Assembly (NCBI GenBank): GCA_039935355.1
Contig: JBDTKL010000218.1
Location: 1 to 27,934, forward strand
From: Candidatus Tumulicola sp.
Lineage (GTDB): Bacteria > Vulcanimicrobiota > Vulcanimicrobiia > Vulcanimicrobiales > Vulcanimicrobiaceae
DNA length: 27,934 nt
Reading direction: 5' to 3'
Below the pieces are notes generated by a model. It worked only from the letters and a program-made list of their open reading frames with translations. It had not been told where the DNA came from and searched no databases. Positions 16,055 through 25,772 of the stretch are shown here, one piece after another (positions within the stretch are counted from its first letter, which is position 1; every line of letters begins with the position of its first letter). A program made the position numbers and the translations under genes.

Positions 16055-17635
16055 ATGAACGAGTCGGTTCACCATGTACCGGTTTCAACCATGAAAAACG
16101 CGATAAACAAGCCGCCCGCGCGCGTCGCTTGGATGCGCACGATGAACGACGCCTTCGAAAGCGGGCGCGATTCCGAAGCAATAGAAACGTTCGACGCACA
16201 CGTTCGCCGTGGCCAAGTTCCGCCGAACGTCGCGATCGTTCGCGCACAAATCGCGTTGCGCACGCCAGGCCAATCGCAGAAGGCGCTTCCGCTGCTCAAG
16301 TCGATGCAAGCAGTGTCGAACGGCAGTGATTATGTTTGGCAGCAAATGCTGCTGGGCGAGGCGCACGCCGTGTTGGGCGACTACGTAGCAGCCGATGACC
16401 GGCTGCAGCGCGCGATGCAGACCGCAACGCACAAAGGCGACGCAGAACTGATCGCTGCGGTCGGATCGCGCATCGGCGGACGCTTCGTCTTGCAATCCGA
16501 TCCGCAGCGTGCGCGCGAAGGCCTCGCGCTCGCCAAAGCCGGCCGCAGTACGGAAAGCAAGCTCGCCGCACAACTCCTCGAAAGTCGCATATTAGAATCC
16601 GAGTCGCGCACCCTCGAGCAGGCGCGCGTCCTAATACGACTGCTGGCGTCGATCGACCCGCGCTCGGAAAAGCACATGGTGCCGCGGGTGGCGGCGACCT
16701 ATTCATTGGCCATATGCTCGCGCGAGAGTCACGTACCCGATGCGGTCCGTTCGATCGAACGCCAGCTTTCCGGAACCCCCTGGCCCGAGGACCTCTCCGG
16801 CCGCCGATTTATGGCTGCCCGTTCGCTGGCCTGGACCAGTGCGCTGGACGGCGACTACTTTACTGCGTTTCGCCATTTGCGCGAGCGCGCCGACGACGCA
16901 CCCAACGACGCATGGCGTGCGGTTGCGTACTGCGATCGGGCGTATCTCGCGCGAGCCCGTAACGAGCTGACGTGGTTTGCCCAGGAACTTTTCGAAGCGC
17001 AGCGGATCGCCGAATCCGTCGATTGGGACACCTTCGACGACGAGAGTACGCTCGCGTTACTGTTGCTCGCGGAGCTGACCGCGCCCATGGACGCGGCGCG
17101 TGCGGCGAAATATCTCAATCGATTCCGCCGCATAAAAGACGACCCGTCCCGCGTACCGTTCTACCACCGCGAACGCCGCTTTCACGCGCTGCTCGATTAC
17201 GTCAGCGGCGTCGTCGATCTGCATCACGGTGAGCGTAAGCGTGCCGCGAGCAGCTTCGAGGGCGCCCGCGAAGTGTATCGAACCATTGCCTTCGAATGGC
17301 GAGCCGCACGATGCGATCTTCGATTGTTCGACGCGACGCGAAAGACGGCGTTTCTTCAGGAAGCCCATCAGTGGCTTGGGAACTATCCCAAGAGCTGGCT
17401 GGCCGAAGAATGGCGCGATCGTTTTACCAGCTCGAAACGGGGTTCCGGTCTGACGCCGATGCGCGACCGGACGTTCCGTTTGCTATGCGAAGGGAAGAGC
17501 AACGCGGAAATCGCCCAAGAACTCGATTTGAGCGTGGCCACCGTCGCCAATCATGCCAAGGCCGTGCTCAAGTTCTTTGGCGTCAGCAGCCGCCACGCAC
17601 TGCTGGCCGAAGCGAGACGCAGAAGGCTGACCTAA
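16055..17635 (+). CDS. Transcriptional regulator: helical-repeat (TPR-like) N-terminus plus C-terminal LuxR HTH (up to 526 aa)
   Basis: C-terminal LTPMRDRTFRLLCEGKSNAEIAQELDLSVATVANHAKAVLKFFGVSSR matches the LuxR/GerE HTH. No receiver or P-loop motif seen. Start uncertain (ATG 16055 or 16091). Confidence 0.85.
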   Translation: MNESVHHVPVSTMKNAINKPPARVAWMRTMNDAFESGRDSEAIETFDAHVRRGQVPPNVAIVRAQIALRTPGQSQKALPLLKSMQAVSNGSDYVWQQMLLGEAHAVLGDYVAADDRLQRAMQTATHKGDAELIAAVGSRIGGRFVLQSDPQRAREGLALAKAGRSTESKLAAQLLESRILESESRTLEQARVLIRLLASIDPRSEKHMVPRVAATYSLAICSRESHVPDAVRSIERQLSGTPWPEDLSGRRFMAARSLAWTSALDGDYFTAFRHLRERADDAPNDAWRAVAYCDRAYLARARNELTWFAQELFEAQRIAESVDWDTFDDESTLALLLLAELTAPMDAARAAKYLNRFRRIKDDPSRVPFYHRERRFHALLDYVSGVVDLHHGERKRAASSFEGAREVYRTIAFEWRAARCDLRLFDATRKTAFLQEAHQWLGNYPKSWLAEEWRDRFTSSKRGSGLTPMRDRTFRLLCEGKSNAEIAQELDLSVATVANHAKAVLKFFGVSSRHALLAEARRRRLT

Positions 17636-17636
17636 C

Positions 17637-18200
17637 ATGACGCCGGCCGCATGTGCGAAGCAGGTCGTCGCGGGTCTGCTGGCGTTCGCTGCGTGCGTCG
17701 CGCCGGCGAACGCGCTGCCGGGACAGACGCTGCAACAGTTCCACGCATGGGCATCGACGCGAAAATTGCTGGCGGGCATCGCGCAGCGCCGCGACGAGAT
17801 GAGTGGCGACCCGGCCTTCGCGCTCGAAACGAGCGATCGCGGAATCGCCTGGACGTTCTACGCCACCACCGATGGAACGCACATTCGGCGCGAATCACTG
17901 TCGGTCGGCAATCCCGGAAAACCGCCCGGGTCGGCTGCCATTCGTCATGATGGCAACGGCTACGGCTACACTTTCTTTGCCACCCTATACGGGCAAGCTG
18001 TGGCACACGATTTTCTTGCCGCCAAACGCGTCGCATCGATTCGCGATCGAAGCGACGGAACGGTAACCGAATTTTACCGAGGCAAGCGATACGGATATTC
18101 CACCAGCGGCGGCATCGTCGTCGAGACGATCTCCGCGTTCGGAGTCGATCTCGCGCAAGCGCAGCTATGCGCCAAATCGCCCGAGCAGTGTAGCGAATAG
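17637..18200 (+). CDS. Secreted hypothetical protein (187 aa)
   Basis: Signal peptide ending ANA-L; ATG 1 nt after the LuxR gene stop. Confidence 0.75.
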   Translation: MTPAACAKQVVAGLLAFAACVAPANALPGQTLQQFHAWASTRKLLAGIAQRRDEMSGDPAFALETSDRGIAWTFYATTDGTHIRRESLSVGNPGKPPGSAAIRHDGNGYGYTFFATLYGQAVAHDFLAAKRVASIRDRSDGTVTEFYRGKRYGYSTSGGIVVETISAFGVDLAQAQLCAKSPEQCSE

Positions 18201-18226
18201 CCTCGCCCGCACCCAGCCCAGAAAAG

Positions 18227-20284
18227 GTGCGTAACCGCGCCACGATGGAACACAGGAGCGTGGGTGGCATTTCATCGAGTGCCGGCTTCGAACGAGTCCT
18301 ACTCGACGACTTTGCAGAAATTTTGTGGGTCGGCTCGTTCGATGGAAACGTGCACCGCTTCAACCGGCAATGGTTTGCGTATACTGGCCAACGCCTCGAA
18401 GATGGCCTCGATGCCGGCGAGCGGCTCCGGCTCGCCGTCCATCCGCGCGACGCCGAGACCGCGATCCAAGCCTGGACGCAAGGAATAGAACGCGGCCAAC
18501 CGTTCTTCCTCGAGTTGCGGCTCCGCCGATTCGACGGTGATAATCGCTGGTTTCGCGCCAGCGTTTCGCCGCTTCGGTCGGGCAACGCAGACGGCAGCGA
18601 ATGGCTGGCGGTGTGTACGGATGTCGACGACCACAAACGGCAAGGTGAGCGATTCGCGTTTCTTGCGCGGTCGAGCGAGGCGCTGTCCGAGTCGCTGGAT
18701 CTGCAGACGACGCTGGAACGCATGCTGGCGATCGTCGTCCCGGAATTGGCCGATTGGGCCGCGATCGATTTATTCGACGAAACCGGCCGGCTGAAAACCG
18801 TCGCCGCAATCCACGCCTACCCGGAGAAGGCTGCGCTCGTGCAGCGGATCGTCGGCCGTTACAATCACGACCTCCAAGCCGAACCGCTGATAGAAGCCGA
18901 ACTGCGTAAAAATCAGGCGATCGTTATCCCCAACATTCCCGATGAGTCGATCGAACGGTCGGCCTCGCACGATTTGATCGACGTCATTCGCGCGCTCGCG
19001 CCGCACTCGACCGTCACGGTGCCGTTAAAATCGCGCGGCGGCACGATCGGTTCGCTGGTCGCTTTTTGGGCCGAAACGCCGCGCCGGTACTCTCACGACG
19101 ACGTTCCATTGTTCAAAGAGTTAACGCGCCGGGCTGCCGTTGCGATCGAAAACGCGCGCTTATACGAGCGCGAACGCGAGATCGCGACCGAATTCCAACG
19201 AGCCGCCTTGCCGAGCTCGCTTCCGAGCGTCCCCGGAATTCGTTTCGACGGAATCTACGTCCCGGCCAGCGATCGCGCGCTGCTGGGTGGCGACTGGTAC
19301 GACGCGCTGCGCCTGAGCGACGGCAGAATCGTCGTTTCGATCGGCGACGTTGCCGGAAGCGGACTCAGCGCCGCGGTTATCATGGCGTCGATGCGGCAAG
19401 TCATTCGCGGCGTCGCACAAGTCTATGCCGATCCGGTCGCGATGCTCGATGCGGCCGACCGTACGCTAAAAACCGAACATCCCAACATGTTCGTCACCGC
19501 GTTCGTCGGCGTGTTCGATCCGATTACGCGAACGCTCACCTACGCATCCGCCGGACATCCTCCGCCGCTCTTGCGCGATTCCGATGGCAGCGTGCGGGCG
19601 TTAAGCGGCGGCTCGCCGCCGATCGGTCTGCGCATGCGCGGCGACGAAGCGATGAGCATAACCCTTCCGGAAGATTGTCTGTTGGTGTTTTATACCGACG
19701 GTGTGACCGAGGTCGAGCGCGATGTCATCGCCGGCCAAGAACGCTTGCAGGCCGCGGTTGCGGCTGCAGACATCCCGTCGATGCCGAACTGTGCGGAAGC
19801 GCTGTATAAGCGCCTTCTAGAACGCGGCAGCAGCGACGACGTCGTCATTCTAACGTTGCGTCTCGTATCGCCCGTCCCGGCCGAACCAGCCTCGACACGA
19901 TCCTCGATACGCTGGACGTTCGATACGAGCGATGCAGAAACGGCGCACCGTGCGCGGCATGCGTTCGTACAGGCGTTGCGCGATGGCGGCATGTCCGAGG
20001 ACGACACCGGCGCGGCCGAGTTGATTTTCGGCGAACTGTTAGGTAACGTCGTCCGGTACGCTCCGGGCCCGATCGACATCACCTTCGATTGGAACGACGA
20101 GATGCCGGTGTTGCACGTTCTCGATCGCGGTCCGGGCTTCACGCTCGTCCCACGGCTTCCGAGCGATCTGCTCAGCGAACGGGGACGTGGACTCTATATC
20201 GTTTGGAGCTTAGCCGAAGACTTCAACGTCACCGAGCGCTTCGACGGCGGGTCGCACGCGCGCGCCGTTCTCGGCCCTCGTTAG
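18227..20284 (+). CDS. SpoIIE/RsbU-family PP2C phosphatase with PAS, GAF and C-terminal RsbW-like HATPase domain (about 685 aa)
   Basis: PAS (VHPRD...FDGDNRWF), GAF, PP2C motifs GGDWYD / GDVAGSG / YTDGVTE / DDVVIL, and HATPase motifs ELLGNVVRY / DRGPGF / GRGLYIV. Start GTG 18227 or ATG 18245. Confidence 0.92.
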   Translation: MRNRATMEHRSVGGISSSAGFERVLLDDFAEILWVGSFDGNVHRFNRQWFAYTGQRLEDGLDAGERLRLAVHPRDAETAIQAWTQGIERGQPFFLELRLRRFDGDNRWFRASVSPLRSGNADGSEWLAVCTDVDDHKRQGERFAFLARSSEALSESLDLQTTLERMLAIVVPELADWAAIDLFDETGRLKTVAAIHAYPEKAALVQRIVGRYNHDLQAEPLIEAELRKNQAIVIPNIPDESIERSASHDLIDVIRALAPHSTVTVPLKSRGGTIGSLVAFWAETPRRYSHDDVPLFKELTRRAAVAIENARLYEREREIATEFQRAALPSSLPSVPGIRFDGIYVPASDRALLGGDWYDALRLSDGRIVVSIGDVAGSGLSAAVIMASMRQVIRGVAQVYADPVAMLDAADRTLKTEHPNMFVTAFVGVFDPITRTLTYASAGHPPPLLRDSDGSVRALSGGSPPIGLRMRGDEAMSITLPEDCLLVFYTDGVTEVERDVIAGQERLQAAVAAADIPSMPNCAEALYKRLLERGSSDDVVILTLRLVSPVPAEPASTRSSIRWTFDTSDAETAHRARHAFVQALRDGGMSEDDTGAAELIFGELLGNVVRYAPGPIDITFDWNDEMPVLHVLDRGPGFTLVPRLPSDLLSERGRGLYIVWSLAEDFNVTERFDGGSHARAVLGPR

Positions 20285-20290
20285 ACGCGC

Positions 20291-21058
20291 TCAGGCGTCG
20301 GGCCAGGTTTCGGCGAGTAGCGCCGCGGCTCGCTCCGCGGCCGAAGCGTATTCGTCGTCCAGCGCGGATTCGAGCGGCTCGGTGCCGCTCCAAAACGGAA
20401 AACGTCCGGCACGCCGGAGCGGCCATGCATCCACCGACGGAACGTCGATCGGCGGACGAGATTGCGGAAGCGGCGCCGCATCCGGTGCGACCGCTACCGA
20501 GCCGAACTCGCGCGCGCTGAGCGCTTGCACCACGCCCTCGCGATCCAGACCGCGTAACGCGAACAGCAAGAACGGATCGCGGTCGAACTCTTCGGCCAAC
20601 AAATAGTACACCGCCGCGACGTGCTTGCACGGATTCGACCAATCCGGGCACGTGCACGACGTTCGCAGATCCATCGCCGTACGCGGAAAGAGCGCGCAGT
20701 GGACGGCGGTAAACGCTTCCTCGATGTCCTGCGGCATCGTGCCGCTCAACAACGCGGCCGCAAATCGCGGCGTCTTAGCGATGCGATCGGTCACGTGCTG
20801 CCATTGACCGGGTGAGAGCGGCTGCATCGCGATCGTCACCGCGTATGGCTCTGCACGCGTGCCGCTCACCGACGCACGCACGCCGCGTTCGTCGACTTCA
20901 ACGGCCGCAACGTTGCCGTTCCGCGCGTACGCACGCCCGCGGCGCAAACGCGCGCCCAAACCGAGCGACTCGAGCACCGCAATCCATCGACGGCTCCACC
21001 ATCGCTGCCCGAACGCACCGCGGCGCGACTGCGCGCGAACGCCGCCGGCTCTCGGCAT
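20291..21058 (-). CDS. SWIM zinc-finger protein (255 aa)
   Basis: CTCPDWSNPCKH SWIM motif and RLRRGRAYARNG. ATG at 21058, 1 nt after the SNF2 stop. Confidence 0.9.
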   Translation of the reverse strand: MPRAGGVRAQSRRGAFGQRWWSRRWIAVLESLGLGARLRRGRAYARNGNVAAVEVDERGVRASVSGTRAEPYAVTIAMQPLSPGQWQHVTDRIAKTPRFAAALLSGTMPQDIEEAFTAVHCALFPRTAMDLRTSCTCPDWSNPCKHVAAVYYLLAEEFDRDPFLLFALRGLDREGVVQALSAREFGSVAVAPDAAPLPQSRPPIDVPSVDAWPLRRAGRFPFWSGTEPLESALDDEYASAAERAAALLAETWPDA

Positions 21059-21059
21059 G

Positions 21060-23936
21060 CTAACCCTCCACCGCTTCGGGTGCCAAGGCAACCAAATCGC
21101 GAAGCTCGCGATCCGATAGTTCGGTCAGCCATTGTTCGCCGGTTCCGACCACGCTTTCGGCAACCGCGGCCTTGCGACCGATCAAATCGTCGATCCGTTC
21201 TTCGAGCGTGCCGGCACAGACCAGCTTATGCACCTGCACGTTCTTCGTTTGTCCGATGCGGAACGCTCGATCCGTCGCTTGATTTTCGACCGCCGGATTC
21301 CACCACCGGTCGTAGTGAAAGACGTGGCTAGCCCGCGTTAGATTCAGTCCACTTCCGCCGGCCTTGAGCGACAACACGAACAATGACGGGCCGTGCTCCT
21401 CTTGGAAACGATTGACCATCTCGTCGCGCGCGGCTTTCGGAACTGCGCCGTGCAAGAAGAGCACCTCACGGCCGAACCGCTCGGACAGCCGGCGTACCAG
21501 CAACTTGCCCATTTCGGCGAACTGCGTAAATATCAACGCGCGATCGCCGACGTCGAGCACTTCTTCCAGCATCTCTTCGAGGCGCGCGAGTTTCCCCGAT
21601 CGCTCGGCCGGCGCCGAACGGTCTTTGGCGAATTGTGCCGGATGGTTGCAAATCTGCTTAAGCTTCGAGAGGAGCGCCAAGATCGCGCCGCGCCGGGCCA
21701 TGCCCGTCGACTCGTCGATGCCGGTTTCGAGATCGCGCAGCACGGCCGCATACAGCGTGCCTTGTTCGGGCGTCAGCGTACAATACACGATCGACTCGCT
21801 CTTTTCGGGCAGATCGGGAACGATCGCGGGATCGCGTTTGCTGCGCCGCACTACGAACGGCCCGCTCAGCCGCTGCAGATGTTTGGCCGCGTCCGAATCG
21901 CGCAACGCTTGAATTGGAATAACGAAGTCGCGCCGGAAGGCCGTTTGCGATCCCAATAGACCGGGATTGCAATACTCCATGATCGACCACAAGTCGCCAA
22001 CGTGATTTTCGACCGGCGTTCCAGTCAAAGCGACGCGGTATCCGGCTCGCAACGAACGCGCCGTGCGCGCTTGTTTGCTGTCGGGGTTTTTGACGTTTTG
22101 CGCTTCATCGAGAACGACGCCGTGCCAACGCAACGCCGCAAACGTTTCGGCATCGCGGTTCAGCAACGCGTAACTCGTGATGACGACATCGTGCGCCCGG
22201 ATCGCACGAGCGAACTCGCGGCCGCGCAAGCGGGCGGCACCGTGGTGCACGTAGGCCGACAAGTCCGGTGTGAAGCGTTGCATCTCGCGCACCCAATTTT
22301 CGATCACCGACGTCGGACACATCAGGAGCACGGGGCGATGGCCGGCGACGCGTTCGCAATCGTATTGAATCAACGCTAGCATTTGCACCGTCTTGCCGAG
22401 CCCCATGTCGTCGGCCAGGCATGCACCAAAACCGGCTGCGGTCAGAAACTGCAGCCATGCGTAGCCACGCAATTGATAGGGGCGCAGTTGCGCGCGCAAG
22501 CCGGCAGGCGGCGCCAGTTCGCCTAGACGTCCGGCGCTCTCCAATCCGTCGAGCAACGCGGTGACGTCGCTGCCGCATTCGACCGGCGAAGAACCGTCGA
22601 GCTGCAGACGCACCACCTCGGCCAACGTCAGGGTCGAAGCGCCTTCGCGCAATCGAGCGAGAACGGTTCGCACGTCGCCCGGCTCCACGTGCACCCACTG
22701 GCCGCGCACGCGCACTAACGGAACCTTGAGCCGCGCCAGTCGTTCCAACTCGGCTTGCGACAAGCGGTGATCGCCGAGTACGACGTTCCAGTCGACGTCG
22801 AGCAGCGTATCGGCACGTAAGCCGGCCGACGTGGACGGCGGTTTGACGGTCGCCTTCGCGACGATGCGGCCGGCCGTGTGTTTACCGAGCCACCACGACG
22901 GTACGATGACGCCGATGCCGGCTTGTTCGAGCAGCCACGCCGATTCCGAAAGAAACGCATACGCGCCCGCCGCGTCCGTTTCGAACCAATGCGGCACGGA
23001 GTCGACGCCGCGTAACGAGGCATCGACGGCGGGTGAAATTTGCGCGGCGCGACCCAATGCCGCTAGGAACGCACGGCGCGAAGCCGCCGATGCGGCCGCC
23101 GCCGCGGCGTCGAGCAACAGCGTCGGATCGGGACGGCTCTGCAACAGATAGACGACGCGCCACACGTCGCCGTCACCGTGCGGTTCTTCCAATCGTAAAC
23201 ACAAACGGTAATCGGTTGCGTCGTCGTCGAGAACCGGCCGGCGCCAAGAGGCAATTTGAGCGGCGAGACCGCGCAGTTCGGCCGGAGTAGCCGAAACTAC
23301 ACCGTCCGTCGATCGCAATCCATCGAGCCATCGGTCGTGGATCGACGTTCCGGCGGCGGATCGTGGCTCGGCCGCGGCATCGCGCACCAGCGCGTCGACG
23401 GCGACGGCGAGAAAGCGCTCTAACGACGGAGACGATGCCGGTGACGTAGACCCCAATGCGGCGGCCAGCTTGCGTTCGCGATCGCCGAGCATCGGGTCCC
23501 AAACCGCACGATAGCGCTTCTGGTCGGCTTCGTATGAGAGACCGGGCAAGAACCGTTGCGACGCCACGATCTCGGCCGCCAATCGCAATGCGTCGCACCA
23601 AAACGTGACATCGGCGCCGAGCGCAACATCCGGCGTTGCCATCTCGCGGCCGGCTAGTCGACGCAACAGCGCTACGGCATCGCGCCCGTCGAGTGCGAGC
23701 CCTTCGCGCGCGACCCCGCCGGTCGAGGCCGACCCGGCCGCGGCGTCGCTCCAGCTCTGCGTGCGCACGTCGCCGCCGAGCGCCGAAAGGCGATCGCGCA
23801 GCGCCGACGGACGCGCGAACGGCTCGCTCCATAGAAAGAGAGCGTTTCCGGCCATTGCGGCGTGCAGCGTCACGCGCTCGATCTTGCTCGGGCGGCGGCG
23901 CGTCCGCGACGGCTTCGGTGGTGCTAAGGTGCTCAA
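21060..23936 (-). CDS. SNF2/SWI2-family helicase-like ATPase (958 aa)
   Basis: LRPYQ, LADDMGLGKT, DEAQ, LTGTPVEN, SLKAGGSGLNL, DRWWNPAVENQATDRAFRIGQ. TTG start. Confidence 0.94.
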   Translation of the reverse strand: MSTLAPPKPSRTRRRPSKIERVTLHAAMAGNALFLWSEPFARPSALRDRLSALGGDVRTQSWSDAAAGSASTGGVAREGLALDGRDAVALLRRLAGREMATPDVALGADVTFWCDALRLAAEIVASQRFLPGLSYEADQKRYRAVWDPMLGDRERKLAAALGSTSPASSPSLERFLAVAVDALVRDAAAEPRSAAGTSIHDRWLDGLRSTDGVVSATPAELRGLAAQIASWRRPVLDDDATDYRLCLRLEEPHGDGDVWRVVYLLQSRPDPTLLLDAAAAAASAASRRAFLAALGRAAQISPAVDASLRGVDSVPHWFETDAAGAYAFLSESAWLLEQAGIGVIVPSWWLGKHTAGRIVAKATVKPPSTSAGLRADTLLDVDWNVVLGDHRLSQAELERLARLKVPLVRVRGQWVHVEPGDVRTVLARLREGASTLTLAEVVRLQLDGSSPVECGSDVTALLDGLESAGRLGELAPPAGLRAQLRPYQLRGYAWLQFLTAAGFGACLADDMGLGKTVQMLALIQYDCERVAGHRPVLLMCPTSVIENWVREMQRFTPDLSAYVHHGAARLRGREFARAIRAHDVVITSYALLNRDAETFAALRWHGVVLDEAQNVKNPDSKQARTARSLRAGYRVALTGTPVENHVGDLWSIMEYCNPGLLGSQTAFRRDFVIPIQALRDSDAAKHLQRLSGPFVVRRSKRDPAIVPDLPEKSESIVYCTLTPEQGTLYAAVLRDLETGIDESTGMARRGAILALLSKLKQICNHPAQFAKDRSAPAERSGKLARLEEMLEEVLDVGDRALIFTQFAEMGKLLVRRLSERFGREVLFLHGAVPKAARDEMVNRFQEEHGPSLFVLSLKAGGSGLNLTRASHVFHYDRWWNPAVENQATDRAFRIGQTKNVQVHKLVCAGTLEERIDDLIGRKAAVAESVVGTGEQWLTELSDRELRDLVALAPEAVEG

Positions 23937-24003
23937 GGCGAGTGTTAAGATACCCCGATCGCCGGCAATGGTTCCAAACCGTCCGGCGAAAAGACGGCTT
24001 TCG

Positions 24004-24567
24004 ATGCAACTCGTGCTACCGGCCGAACCATATCTCGCCAGCTACGTGGACGCGCTTCGACGCGGCTGGTCGCGGGATAACTTGCGTCCCGAAGCTTACC
24101 AAGAAGAACTTGCGGCCATCGAACGCGACGCGCCCTCGTTCTTGGCATCCCTCGACGATCCAGACGGGCGCGGCGAACCGATCGCTCTTCCGGACGGCAC
24201 GCTGGCGCCGCGGCTTCCCGGGTTCCAGCGCTGGATGTGGGACGGGGACTTTTGCGGCAGTATCGGCTTTCGATGGTCGCCCGGCACGGCCGCACTTCCC
24301 GAAACGTGTCTCGGGCACGTTGGCTACGCCGTCGTGCCGTGGAAACGCGGTCGCGGTTATGCGTCCGAAGCGTTACGCCAACTCGTACCCCACGCTCGGG
24401 CAATTGGATTGCCGTACGTCGAGTTGACGACACGGCCAGACAACATCGCATCGCAACGCGTCATCCTCGCCAACGGCGGCGTGCTCATCGAACGCTTTGA
24501 AGCACCGCGCCATCACGGCGAAGGCGCGGTGCTCCGGTTTCGAATCCCGTTAACGACGGATGGCTAA
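24004..24567 (+). CDS. GNAT family N-acetyltransferase (187 aa)
   Basis: GHVGYAVVPWKRGRGYASEAL acetyl-CoA motif and NIASQRVILANGG. Start reset to ATG 24004. Confidence 0.88.
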   Translation: MQLVLPAEPYLASYVDALRRGWSRDNLRPEAYQEELAAIERDAPSFLASLDDPDGRGEPIALPDGTLAPRLPGFQRWMWDGDFCGSIGFRWSPGTAALPETCLGHVGYAVVPWKRGRGYASEALRQLVPHARAIGLPYVELTTRPDNIASQRVILANGGVLIERFEAPRHHGEGAVLRFRIPLTTDG

Positions 24568-25772
24568 AAGGCCGAAACGCCGTTGGGCGTGCCCCATCCG
24601 GTCGGGCCGTCGTATCCGGGTCCGGCATTGCAGATATACGGATTCCCTTTGCAGTCACCGTTGCTGCCCGATGTGATGTCGTAAAAGCCCGACGAACCGC
24701 CGTTCGCCCACAGGCCGGCTGCATAGTTTTGTTTGGAAGCATTTCCGGCTAACGCAAAGACTGCCGCGATGGTCGGCGACGATGCGCTGGTTCCACCCGT
24801 CGTGCCCCATCCACCCGACGGATACGTATCGTAAAATGCGAGACCCGGATAGGGAGAGGCGACCGACGACACGTCGGATTCAGAGCGAAACGCACAGCCG
24901 TTATCGGTTTGCCAGTTCGGTTTGGCGACCAATCGCGCGCAAGCACTGCCGGCGCCGTTCCACGCCGTCTCGGTCCAACCGCGGCCGCTGCCACCCTTAA
25001 TCAACGACGTGCCGCCGACGCACACGACGGTGGCGTAATCGCACGGTGACGAAGCGCCATGCCCATAGTCACCCGAACTCGCGGTGATGACGGTTCCTGG
25101 GTGGTCGTAATGCGAGTTCGACGAGCCACCACCCGAACCGCCGTACGAGTTGGAAACGACGTTAGCACCCAACAGCACCGCGCGATCGACCGATTTAGCC
25201 AAGCTGATCAGTCGATTGGAGGTGGCCTCGACCACGATGATTTTGCATTTGGGACAGACCGCCGACACCATATCGAGGTCGAGCGACATCTCGCCCGCCC
25301 ATCCCTCATCGGGACGGGGGAATTTGGTCGTCGATCCGCTTTGGCTGACTTTCTTGAAGCAGCCGTTTTTCGTGGTGCACGCCGGCAATTTAAAGTACGA
25401 CCGATACACTGCGAGATCGCTTTCGGCATTGGGATTATCGTAGGCGTCGACGATCCCGACCGTCTGGCCCTTGCCGCTTTTCGACGATGGTAGATTATAG
25501 GCGGCTTGCAAATCCGCCGGCCCATATCCGCTGATCAGCGGATGCTCGCCCTGCGTGCGCGGAACGTCGGTGCGGATCCACATATAGCAGGTCGCATACC
25601 CCGGCTGCACCGTCTGCGGACAGCCCGGTCGCGTATGTCCTGTATCGATGCCGGCGAGTTGCGCTGGATTCGAAAAAGTGGTGGGCAGCGTAGAGTTCGT
25701 CGTGCCGCTCGAACAAGCGGTGACGGCTGCGACGCTTACGATCGTGAGCGCACGAGCGAAGTTACGATTCAA
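24564..25772 (-). CDS. S53 (sedolisin-like) serine peptidase, predicted lipoprotein (402 aa)
   Basis: E-x3-D (EMSLD), SSGD oxyanion Asp, GGTSASSP catalytic Ser, GYDGPTGWGTP C-terminal motif, lipobox VTAC. GAGGGAG SD before the TTG start. 4-nt convergent overlap with the GNAT gene. Confidence 0.88.
   Translation of the reverse strand: MNRNFARALTIVSVAAVTACSSGTTNSTLPTTFSNPAQLAGIDTGHTRPGCPQTVQPGYATCYMWIRTDVPRTQGEHPLISGYGPADLQAAYNLPSSKSGKGQTVGIVDAYDNPNAESDLAVYRSYFKLPACTTKNGCFKKVSQSGSTTKFPRPDEGWAGEMSLDLDMVSAVCPKCKIIVVEATSNRLISLAKSVDRAVLLGANVVSNSYGGSGGGSSNSHYDHPGTVITASSGDYGHGASSPCDYATVVCVGGTSLIKGGSGRGWTETAWNGAGSACARLVAKPNWQTDNGCAFRSESDVSSVASPYPGLAFYDTYPSGGWGTTGGTSASSPTIAAVFALAGNASKQNYAAGLWANGGSSGFYDITSGSNGDCKGNPYICNAGPGYDGPTGWGTPNGVSAF

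Noticed and set aside
23605-24003. N-terminal extension of the GNAT gene
   Set aside because: It is mostly antisense to the SNF2 gene; the GNAT-like sequence begins at ATG 24004.
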